Part shown: positions 36,101-46,010 of the stretch, piece after piece
Numbering within the stretch: the stretch's first letter is position 1
Layout of the letters: every line of letters starts with the position of its first letter
Origin: Squalus acanthias
Lineage: Eukaryota
Length of the DNA stretch: 64,000 nt
Direction: 5' to 3'
Assembly (NCBI GenBank): GCA_030390025.1
Contig: CM059441.1
Span: forward strand, 21,018,001 to 21,082,000
Translations under genes and position numbers: made by a program
Notes under the pieces: model-generated
Seen by the model: the letters and a program-made list of their open reading frames with translations, nothing else
What the model was told of the DNA's origin: nothing
Databases searched by the model: none

Positions 36101-39100
36101 CTCCTGCTTGGGGTGCTACCATTCAACTTCGGGCGCGGGGGCGCTAACTTTTTCGGAGCGCTAAAAGTAGTGTCCCGGCGAAGTTATCGCCGCAAAGGGG
36201 CCGTGAGCCAATTTCCCCCCGAATCTTTCACATGGAAGCCGTGCCAATCAAAACACCAGCAATGAGAACATTGTACCTGCTCGGCCATTTGGATCCTGAA
36301 GTTTGGTTTCGATTATCAGTGGAAATTATATTTGTACTTGTGGAATGTGTAGTTGTTGATGATACTGTTGAAAAAACTTCACAAGAATATTCAGCTCCTA
36401 TTGAAACAAGGGAATAAAATTCAGATTCACCTCATTTTCACTTGTAGTCAACCAAGAGAGCACTATCGTTAAATGGAGCCTCATTACTTGAGTAAAAGCC
36501 TGGTTGATATCATGGATTTGGATGATTTAATTCCTGTGTAATTTCCTCCTCTCTGGTAGCAAGGAGAGATGCTGCTGACACCTGGCCGTGGCCCATTTTT
36601 ACTGATAATTTCTGTTTCTTTCCCATTTCTGAGAGTTGGTGGCACAGAGTTACTACTGGGGCAGTTAAAGGGATCAGGTTGGTGGGACTACAAACCAGGT
36701 ATCCCCATTTTTGCCCGGTGCAAACATAAAGGAAAGTTCCAGCCAGAGAGCTGGCCTCTGCCACCAGTGGAAAATGTATTTCTGGGGGCCGAGCAACCAC
36801 AATTCTGTCCTGGAGAGATGTCCTCAGTGGAAAAGGAACAGCAGCTGTTCATTGAGTGCAGAGGGAAATATTAGACCAGGAATTACTGCTCTCGATATTA
36901 GTGGACAACCAGTTCAAATTCGAATGGCGTTTCTCTGTTAAAAGAATGTTTCTGTTACAACATAGACAGACGAATGTCACACGAATACATTAAACAGTGT
37001 CCTGCTAATATTGGCAATGGTCATTTCCTGCCTCTTGTGCTCGGATTTCTGAGCTTGTGGTAGCGACGAGAATCCTCACTCACTGGCAGTGGATATCGCA
37101 AAATCCTGCCAGCGATTTTCTGTCCATTTAATTATAATGATCAGCGTTGCTGGCGGGAGAGGCTCCCCACCTCCAGCGAGAACTCAGATAAGTGGCTCAG
37201 GTGAGTTTTAATTAAATAATTTGTTTCAAAATGTAAGAAATAACTCGCATTGATACAGCATCTTCCACATTCTCAGGATGTCCCAAAGTGCTTCACCACC
37301 AATGAAGTACTTTTTTGAAGTGTAGTCACGTTTGTAATGTTGGGAAACGCGGAAGTTAATTTGCGCAAAGCAAGATCCCTCAAACAGCAATAAGATAAGT
37401 CGCCAGATAATCTGTTTTTTAAGTGATGTCAGTTGAGGGATGAATGTTTGCTCGGACATCAGGAGAACTTCCTTATTCTTCTTTGACTAGTGCCAGGGGA
37501 TCTTTTACATCTACCTGAGGGGGCAGATGGGTCCTCAGTTTAATGTCTCTAGACAACAGCACCTCACTACCAGAGTGCTGGTCAGTGGTTTCAACCTGAA
37601 TTATGGGGGAGAAATTCATTATAGCCCCGATTGGGGCGCTAATTTTTAAAAGTTGAAAAAATTAGCAGCAGGCGCTAATGTCATTCAACTTTTAAAAGAT
37701 TCGGTTTTAGCGCTCCAGGAAGGAAGTGGAGCGCTTGATTTAGCGCAACAGGCAGTGGGCGGGGCGGTGGGTGAGCAGCGCTGTACACTGGGCCGTGCAG
37801 CGCTGCCTCGTTGGAAGGCTCCTTCCCTCCCTTAAAGGGAAGGGCCATCGCTGCAGGCTCTGCAAGGGGAAAACTTACCTGGTGCCTGACGGCAGCCACG
37901 ATCCGGCCCAATCAACGGCAGCAGAGACTCGGGCTGATCGATCGCGGGCGAAGAAAAATGCAAAATAAACAGAACCAGCATTTCCAATTTTTTTTGTTCC
38001 TTACCTCGGCTACCTCGCCTTTAAGTATCGCCCCCAAAGTGCCCGGCCGCCCGATGAACGCCTCCTGCAGCTGTCGGTGTTTTCACCCAGCGATGCTGCA
38101 GGGAGCGGAATCGAAGTTCGGGTCTGGGGCACTACCGGAGCGCTGACATTACCATCTCCGGGCGAAGGAGATCGGGGCGCAACACCATACCGCCACCGCA
38201 AACTTCTCGCGAGTCGATCTTCTCACCGCGCCCAGCTAGTAAGTAATTACCACCCCATTATCGCCCCCCCGGAGGCGATATCTGGAGGCACAAAGGTGCC
38301 CAATTTCTCCCACCGATATCTCTAGAGGGGGACTTGAACGCACAACCTACTGGTATCAGAGGCAAGAGCGATAGCAACTGAGCAACTGCTGACACCTACA
38401 GTACAAATGCAATTTACAGGTGAAATTTCTACCTGCTGCTGACATCCTTCTTGTCTGACAGCTAAAGGAAGTGACTATATTAACATACGGCCGGAGTCAA
38501 TATTTACATATGTTAATTTATATGCATTACTGCTCAGGAGAAAATACATTTCTCTTTGTTTTCTGACCGTTTTGATGTTTCTCAGCGCAACCAATGGTGA
38601 ACATATTGCTTCCCACTCTGCGGAAAATTAAATCGCTACATTTAAGTAGGCTAAGTTCCTCCTCAAGTCAGAACCAGGGTCATTGTTTTATGGTGACTGA
38701 GTAATTCAGTTTTTAACTGTTGAAGGATCCAAATGGAGTGAATTTGGTCAGTTATAGTTTCTCTGAGTGACTGAAGGAAATTAACTAGCGACCAGTTTGG
38801 ATAAACATTAATTTAAAAAATTCATTAATCATGTTGTTTGTTTAAAGTAACACTTACCAATGCCGCTGATTTGTGTCACATAACTGCAGTTCTTCCCTGC
38901 TCTGTTGAAGACTGACATGTTAACCATTTCACTGGATTTTTCCCCCTGATTATTTGAGGCTGTGCAGTAATATTGATGATGTTGCTGTTTGAAGGATTGA
39001 CAATGTAGATCCAGTTTATTGGTGTCAGAGATCTTTGAATCTTCAGACGGGGTCTTTTCGTACCATGTGTACTGAATGGGAAGAGATCCCTGGACAGACT

Positions 39101-42100
39101 CACAGGAGACTGACACTGAGCCCCCAAAACATGAGACATTTGGTGGCGACAAAAATCTAAGTACAGGAACTGACACGGATTCTGTGGGAAAGAAACAAAC
39201 ATTCAGATACTGACTGAACATCTAAAAATCAAATACTCTCCAATTTCCAGCACTTCTGTATCTCAGCCAGGGCCTGCGATGTTGGAATCTCACCAGCACA
39301 TCTACCTCTCCATGTCTCTCCACCCTCCGAGCAGCCTGAACTACCATGTCTGCCATTATAGCAGAACATAGCAGAGCTCCCGATCAGGACAGCAGCAATG
39401 ATACTGAGGATGTGTCAACGGGAAAATTAGAGCTAACAATTTCTCTCAGTAGCAAGTAGCCAGCCTCCAATGCTGTTTCTTTGTTTGACTCTCGAACATG
39501 AATTAGTTGGAGAGAGTCCTAGAAAATCACAGCCGAATATGAGGGAAAGAAATTGGCAGATATCTGTTACATGTTTTGTCTTTGCCACAAACTGTGCTCA
39601 GAAACAGTTCTGCCAAAATTTGCTACTGCTTGCGAGCCTGTCCCTGAGCACTTTTCTACTCACACTCCCAGATCCATTGAAAATTTAACAGGCGGTCCTG
39701 AACATAGAAAAGGGAGGAGGACATTCAGCCCCTCGAGCCTGTTATGCCATTCAATTAGATCTCGTCTGATCTGTATCTTAACTCCATCTGCCCGCCTTGG
39801 TAGAGATTTCCAAATTTCGATGACCCTTTGTGTGAAGAAGTGTTCCCTGACATCACCCTCAAGATGCGCTTCAGTTTCCTGGACAGATCTGGACGCGCCC
39901 TTCAGTACTCACCAGCCAGAGTCTCCAGAACGATTGTGGTTTGCTGCGCTCTGCACAAAATTGCGCAGCAGTGAGATTGGAGCTGCATGAGAAACAAGGC
40001 GCTGAGCACACATTGTCTACGGACAAATCCGAGACGGAGGAGAAAGTGGGAAAGAAGCAGGAGGAGGAGGAAGGAGATTGCGACTCCAACGCAGCACCAG
40101 TCACTCACATTGCTGCCCGCGATGCCAGCGTTTCCCTTATAGCTGTAAGGTTCAGTTAGTTACCACCACTGGACCGATGTAACAACCACATCCAACAGCC
40201 AGTCTCAACTGCCCCGCCCCCCTCCAATCCCACTGACACAAAGCAGACCTGCTACCAACCAACCACCCATTGCACATCCCCCCATTGCTCCCCCTCAATT
40301 CATGTCTTCCCATTCATTAACGAGCAACTGAAAAGGCGAGCTGCCACCAAGCAACCAAAAATGGGCAACACGGGAAAGTGGTGCAAAGTAATATATTTTA
40401 TGTGATTCTGCTAAAGAACAGAAACTTAACAACATAACAATTTCTCAAACACACATGTGCAGACCCTGTGCAACTACAAAACTTTACTCTTCCTTTTCCT
40501 ACCGCTCCTACGTGGTGCAACCCTCATGGCTTCAGCAGAGGTCGAGGCAGGCTGCTCAGATCCCTGCTCTGACTGCTGAGATGCTCTTGGTCGATGACCT
40601 CTGGGTTTGAAGCCCAACGTGGCCCCCGCCAAAGACTGCTCCATTGCACCTGTGCAGGGGCAGACACAGCCATTGGGAGAGGAGGCAGCATTCCTCTCAT
40701 GGCCCAGCCGCACTTCACTCCTACCACTCTGCTGGAGAGCAGCTTGGTGCAGATCAGTGACGCGCTGTAAGGCCAAGGCTAAGGTGTCTGCCATCCTATT
40801 TAAGGCAGCAGACATGTTGGCATCCAGAGTCTGCACGGCCGTGGTCAATGCCTGTGTGGACTCATTTGATTGTCGCAACTGATACTCGACGGAGTTTGCC
40901 AATCTGTCCATGGAACAAGACATCCTCGCAATGCCCTGTGACATCAACCCACTCATGCTTGAGGTGTACTCCTCCAGTCTCTCTGCAATTGTGGACAGTG
41001 TGCGTGGAAGGCCTGTCAGTATGTAGCTGATTTTCTGCTGCCCCACAATGATTAGCCTTTTAATCGACAGCCCCCGGGGTACAGCACCTGTGTCCAGTTG
41101 AGCAGAGTTTGGAGAGTGCTCTGCCCTCCGACGTGGACTCTCCGCAGTTGTCCCTGCCACCACTGTTGGCTCTTGCTCCCTTGTGAAGTGTGATTTATGA
41201 GGTGAAAACCCAACTATCTGTCTATCTGGACTCACTGAAGTGTGAGTATCTGCATTGGTGCGTGGTAAGCATGAGTCCTGTGATGGTGCACCCTCAGAAG
41301 GAATCAGCTCCTCTGAGGATTCATCGTCCACGAGGTCCACTGACGGCTGCTGCACATGTGAAGGCCCTGACGGAGAGAAAAGATATGAATTAGTACTGGC
41401 AAGGTAAGGATGTAGCAACTTATCATTATGAAGATGATTATATTAAACTCATTGCTGAAATCAGGTCAACATGACTGAGTGTTTTATGACATGTGGGCCC
41501 ATGATATTTAATTCTGTCACCAGGTTGCTGGGAGGTCCCCATCTCCAATGGCCAGGGACGGCGAGTTGCCACTGATCTCCAGCGCTTCCTCCTCTGCAGT
41601 TGTCAGCTGTGAGATCTGTCAAGGACCACCTCAGGTTCTCTCTCTCTCTCCCTAGTTTTCTGCGCTCTCTTCTCCTGCAACGGGAGAAAGAACAGACCTA
41701 TGAGTGACTGTAAGACATGTGTTCACCCGATGGATGCAGTGCATATGGTGAGGGTGACTATCAGCGAGCGGCATGAAATTACATAAGGATCAAGGTGAGT
41801 GGCAGTGGTGGATGGAGAGATGGGGATGTGAGGAAGTGCATAGAAAGAGAAGGATGTGTGTGCGTGCAGAGTAAGTGGATGTGACGAGTGATGTGATGGA
41901 GTAGGCTTGACAAGACAGGGTGAGGGGGTGGGTGATGTTCTCAATGGGTAGTAGGTGAATGAGCAACTGTGCTCACCTTTCCTAAGCTGGTTAGGTCATT
42001 AAAGAGCTTCCTGCGCTGACTCCAGCAGCGTGGTATAATGCTCCTGCTGCTGACTTCCTCGCTCTCATCCAGGCACGGGTTCTTTGTAGCTTTTTTCCTG

Positions 42101-45100
42101 CCATTGCTGGGGGTGGGCCCGGATAGCTCAGTTGGTAAAGCATCAGACTTTTAATCTTGAGGGTCCAGGGTTGAAGTCTCTGTTCAGGCGTTAGCTTTAC
42201 CAGCTTGGACTCGATGGGCCGAATGGCCCCCTTCTGTGCTGTAACCATTCTCTGATTCTATGGTCCCTCTCTGACTCCTCACTGCCTCCAGCAATGCATC
42301 AAGGGAGGCGATGTTAAAGCAGGGTGCAGCTTTCCAATTCCTGAGTCTGTCTTTTATGATTGTTGTCCCTGTTCCAAAGCACCCTAATCCTGCAAATTCC
42401 ATCTTTGAATTGACCAGTTAAATACTTGAGTTGAGATCACATCATGACGGTCCACACCACACCCACTACTGCACATACAACACCAAACCCGGGAGTAAAA
42501 TTATAATGAGCTGGCTGCATTAAAATGCCACATACAGACGCACTGAAATTACTTCGGGGTTTCCCATGCGATATCGGATCCCCTGTACCGAGCACGCCTC
42601 GAAGTTAATATCGGGCCATTGCATTTAATAGTTGATCCATCAGGAGGTATGATTGGGAGGAAGATAATGTCTCAACAATTAATAAAGAGGCTTCTTTTGC
42701 CATCAAAACAGTGACCTGGCTTTTCAATTTTAGTTTAGTTCTCTTGTAAAGTTGACCAAAATATCTCATTGATGATGTGAGCCACCCATCATATCAGGAA
42801 ACCTATGAAATCTGTTAAGCTCTGTGGATTGATTCTATTATTATTTTGTCCTAGGAATTCATACCATTAGTAACGACTTGCTACTCATTGCTTTTGTTAT
42901 TGTCCGACTATTAGTTTTAGTCTGAATGCAAACATCTGACATTTAATACAGTTCAGAGACAGGAAAATGTGGTGAGCATCCCACATGATGTCTGGCACAA
43001 TATCCTGTAGTTAAAGGAATTCTTCGTCCCATAATACTTGAAATTCTTGGTCAGCTAGTTGGACAGGCCACAAATTGGGAATGTTCAACATGAGTCGGAT
43101 TTCCCGACCTCTGCCCGCTACCTGTGAGACTCTGCACTGCTGCGGAGCCTCGGGATATCGGAGCTGTCATGTTTCCTCCCAGATAAAACATTGATCAGAC
43201 ATTTCAGTAGAGAGTAATAAAGAAAATCACTGAGAAATGTACCGTAAGATATTTGTAGCTCTACAGCAGACAATGGATTGAAGGCGTGAGATTTTTCAAT
43301 CCCACAGCTGTACCATCCTGCATCTCCTGGTTGAAGATCCTTCATAGTAACATCAAATATTCCTGCTGTCTTGTTATCTGTGATTGACATTCTTCGTCGT
43401 CTTCCGTGTTGATCATTTGTTTTTACTAAATCTGAACAACTGATAGTTGTCCCGTGACACCAATATTTCACATTTGACTGGTACTCCGATTTGTCATAGT
43501 GACATTCTATTGTGATCGCTCTTCCCACAACTCCTGTTACTTTATCTTTTACCCACAATGCACCTGAAACTGAGGAGACAACATTTCAGAAATTGAACAG
43601 GAAATAACTGCTTAATACAAACAGATACATTTTAATAAGAGTTACCACTCTGTACAGAGGAATCTCTCCACTCCATCTATTAATACAGTTGAATTCCTTC
43701 TAGTTTGTGATGAAAGGAAACATTAATATAGTGCCTTATCACATCCTCAGGATGTGCCAAAGCACTTCACAGCCAATGATTTACTTTTGAAGTATAGTCA
43801 CTATTGTTATTGTGTCAGCTGTGGCTCAGTGTTTGCACTCTCGGCTCTGAATCAGTAGATTGTGGGTTCAAGCCCCACTCCAGAGACTCTGAGCAGAAAA
43901 TCGAGACTGACATTCCAGTACAGTATTGAAGGAGTGCTGCACTGTTGGAGGTGCCGTCTTTCAGATGAGACATTAAACCGAGACCGTGTCTGCCCTCTGA
44001 TGTGGATTCCCATTATTTGAAATAAGAGCTGGGGAATTCTTCCCGGCGTCCTTGCCAACAATTTTCTTTCATCCATCATTCAATACGAAACAGATTATCT
44101 GGTCATTATCACCTTGCTGTTTGTGGGACCTTGCTGTGTGCAAATTGGCTGACTCTTTTCCTACATTACAACATTGGCAACACTTCAAATAAATCATTGG
44201 TTGTAAAGCACTTTGGGGCATCCTGAGGTCATGAAAGGCGCTACTTAAATGCAAGTCTTAGTTTCTGACAGCAACAACAACTTGAATTTGATAATCGTCT
44301 CCCATTCATCCAGCACCATGGGAACAGCCAAAGGAATGCCCATCCTCTCAGCTTCGTTGCTGCAACCTGAACTGCAGCAGGATTTGGAGAGGGAAGGTGA
44401 ACATGGTTCATGCAACCAAGGACATAGAAAGGAAGAGGATTGCGGATCGGCAAGGGAAGATTCAGGAACTTGGAGATAGATCAATGAGCAGGATATCGAG
44501 GGTAGTAACCACAGGATTATTCCCAGTGCCACATGGTAGTCAGTATAAGAAGAGTAAGGTAAGGAAAGTGATTATTTGTCTGGAGAGATGGTTCAGAAGA
44601 AAAGGGTTTCAATTCCTGGCACATTGGGGCCAGTTCTGGAAGAGGAGCGGCCTGTAGAGGACGGGAGGACTTTACTTGAACAGTTATTAGACCAATGGCC
44701 TTGCTGGGAGAGGAACTCGTGCTGTGGGGAAAGAGTTTACACTAAAATAGCCGGTGTGAGGTTAAAAACAAGGTAAAGAGGCAGAGAGAAGAGCAGAAAG
44801 GGAAAAGGATATAGGAATGATAAATGAGGGAAACAGGGAGGTAAAAAACATCAGATCAGAAAGAGGAAGGATTGAAAAAAAGGAAGATTGCCAAACAGAC
44901 AGAGGCACGCGTCAGTTGCATGTAGATAAGAACATAATGTATTCTGTGTAAAATTGGTAAGCTAGAGGCACAAACTTTTATGGAGAGGTTTGATGTAATA
45001 GAATTAACGGTCGTGGCTTCGGGTAGGGTGGGACTGGGAGTTTAACATTGCTGGTAACAAAGATTTGTCATAAATGTAGGAGAGTTGTATTAATCAAAAA

Positions 45101-45748
45101 TTCCATTACAGCCTAATGTCGTAGGGTTAATATGGGGCGGGAGTGAAAAAGCTAAATCTACTTGGTTAGAGTTAAAGAGTGAGAAGAAAGTGGTTACTTA
45201 CTGGAAGAGTAAAATAGACCAACCCTCTACCAGTGAGGAACAGTGTCACTGACAGAGCCTCATGAAACAATATTTCATCAGATGTACTTTAAATAACAGA
45301 AACAATTGCAAACTCGAGACATGTTCAGTGTGAGGGATTATTACTGCTGCAGTCTTCAGTGTATATTGGACAACAGACTACATTAAAAAATCACTTCACA
45401 GATTAAAACAGGTTACCTTTGCATTTGATTATGTTATTTGTGTAGATTTTAAAAACATTAAATGAGCCCTTTATTTTCCATTCACAATGAATAATGCAGT
45501 TTAGTATATATTGGTCAATATTTGTGTGGTACAATAGTACAGTCAAAAAGAGATGAGAAGACTTCACACAAATATTATTCATGTATATTTTTGCTGGGTA
45601 TTTTGTGCCTTTACATGTCTACAAGTATTGAAACCTCTCTGCTCTATAAACGGTACACTAGACTCAAACTAACACTGATTATCTGAATATCCCGCTCTGG
45701 CTGTCACTCACCGGGCAGGGAACAAATGAGAAGAATCAGAATCCACAT
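27108..45748 (-). CDS. Ig receptor gene B, complete 6-exon model (about 319 aa): CD300/pIgR-like V + FcR-like C2 + stalk + TM(Arg) + short tail
   Basis: Exons 45748-45712, 43569-43243, 39181-38858, 36397-36277, 31476-31386 and 27167-27108 sum to 960 nt with consistent phases 1,1,1,2,0. The last exon is the least certain. Confidence 0.8.
27230..27846 (-). mobile_element. Degenerate CR1 3' fragments
   Basis: MLAFILQGLEFKNEEV...KGHNLKIRAKPFRSE...FFTQRAVEIWN...IKGYG. Confidence 0.75.
28371..29492 (+). mobile_element. Penelope-like retroelement 3' fragment (linker Zn-finger + GIY-YIG endonuclease + 3' pLTR)
   Basis: CHGNLCKTC...NVVYLIRCSKGCPRAWYIGETMQTLRQRMN.HR...VGEHF. Premature TGA at 29033. 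3' end ...CCGGCATCTCCACATCATG. TCATGA at both junctions. Confidence 0.9.
29365..29402 (+). ncRNA. Minimal type I hammerhead ribozyme (Penelope-associated)
   Basis: TTAC-CTGAGGA-A-GGGGC-GACA-GCTCC-GAAA-GC-T-T-GTAA: stem I TTAC/GTAA, core CUGANGA...GAAA, 5-bp stem II, loop-less palindromic stem III (AAGCTT). Confidence 0.75.
31386..31476 (-). CDS. Gene B exon 5: transmembrane segment
   Basis: ttcttctcttttgctcag acceptor, 91 nt, phase 2-0, gtaggc donor. Reads SYIIWNVVRWVLFALLVICTISVTRCTRKSK. Confidence 0.88.
32977..33183. mobile_element. Penelope pLTR remnant forming a near-perfect inverted repeat
   Basis: Arms of about 75 bp around GTCAGGT. Flanked by the 12-bp duplication CTTTACACTATT (32965-32976 / 33184-33195). 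Confidence 0.88.
33026..33062 (-). ncRNA. Minimal type I hammerhead ribozyme (Penelope-associated)
   Basis: Minus strand TCAC-CTGACGA-A-GGAGC-AGC-GCTCC-GAAA-GC-T-T-GTGA: stem I TCAC/GTGA, intact core, palindromic stem III. Confidence 0.78.
34165..34830 (-). mobile_element. CR1 3' fragment (second subfamily)
   Basis: LVRPHLECCIQIWSPYYRKDIEALERVQRRFARMIP...FTQRVVRMWN...IEGY. Confidence 0.85.
35522..36220. mobile_element. GC-rich Harbinger-type MITE
   Basis: CpG-rich, repeated TAGCGC/GCGCTA motifs, right terminus AATTTCCCCCC. No credible ORF. Confidence 0.65.
36277..36397 (-). CDS. Gene B exon 4: Ser/Thr-rich stalk
   Basis: cttgtttcaatag acceptor, 121 nt, phase 1-2, gtacaa donor. Reads GAEYSCEVFSTVSSTTTHSTSTNIISTDNRNQTSGSKWPS. 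Confidence 0.85.
37236..38395 (-). mobile_element. DeuSINE copy split by a MITE
   Basis: Deu core (reverse) at 37350-37415. tRNA-like head (reverse) at 38325-38395. Confidence 0.65.
37605..38313. mobile_element. Harbinger MITE with terminal inverted repeats
   Basis: GGGGGAGAAATT ... AATTTCTCCCAC termini and internal TAGCGC motifs shared with elements A and B. Confidence 0.75.
38858..39181 (-). CDS. Gene B exon 3: C2-set Ig domain
   Basis: 324 nt with the same splice sites as gene A exon 3. Five amino-acid differences (Y/F, I/V, K/E, I/V, V/M). Confidence 0.9.
39857..42617. mobile_element. Harbinger C remnant, duplicate without LTR insertion
   Basis: Duplicate of 4268-8451. ORF 40474-41418 covers Myb exon 3. 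Confidence 0.85.
42117..42262 (+). pseudogene. tRNA-Lys(TTT)/CR1-tail chimera, duplicate
   Basis: Same sequence as 7951-8096. Confidence 0.82.
43243..43569 (-). CDS. Gene B exon 2: CD300/pIgR-type V domain
   Basis: 327 nt, same splice sites as gene A. Differs by K/T, R/Q and D/N. Confidence 0.93.
43812..44260 (+). mobile_element. DeuSINE duplicate
   Basis: Duplicate of 9646-10095. Confidence 0.78.
45712..45748 (-). CDS. Gene B exon 1: signal peptide
   Basis: MWILILLICSLP G|gtgagt, identical to gene A. Confidence 0.9.
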
Positions 45749-45819
45749 CGTTTTCTTCGCGAAGAACAGATCCGCACTTGTCGTTAGTCACCCAGCTCTT
45801 AGTTCTCATATGGGAATAA

Positions 45820-45895
45820 GTATCTGATATAAATCATATGCAGAATTAAAATGAGGAAGAAGAAAGCAGGAAGCCAGGTCATGCAACCACAAAAG
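45820..45895 (-). promoter_or_regulatory. Putative proximal promoter of gene B
   Basis: Same TATA-like, PU.1/ETS and RUNX motifs as 11655-11730. Confidence 0.5.
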
Positions 45896-46010
45896 CTGGC
45901 TGGTGAAATCTGACCCTTAAGAACTTGAAATACAGTCAGTTATATTTAACAAACAAAAGCAAACTAATCTTTGTCCAAGGTTAGAAAATGGTGAAAACAA
46001 GAGAGTTAAA

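Noticed and set aside
35714-36265. CpG-island gene (183-aa ORF)
   Set aside because: GC-rich MITE sequence with a Harbinger terminus. ORFs in several frames reflect stop-codon scarcity.
40474-41418. Domesticated Harbinger Myb gene (314-aa ORF)
   Set aside because: The DNA-binding exon 1 is disrupted by the tRNA/CR1 insert and the duplicate copy is frameshifted.
43243-43569. Positive selection on Ig domains
   Set aside because: By eye there are 8 nonsynonymous and 2 synonymous differences over both Ig exons, close to neutral expectation and too few to test. Two V-domain changes are CpG transitions.
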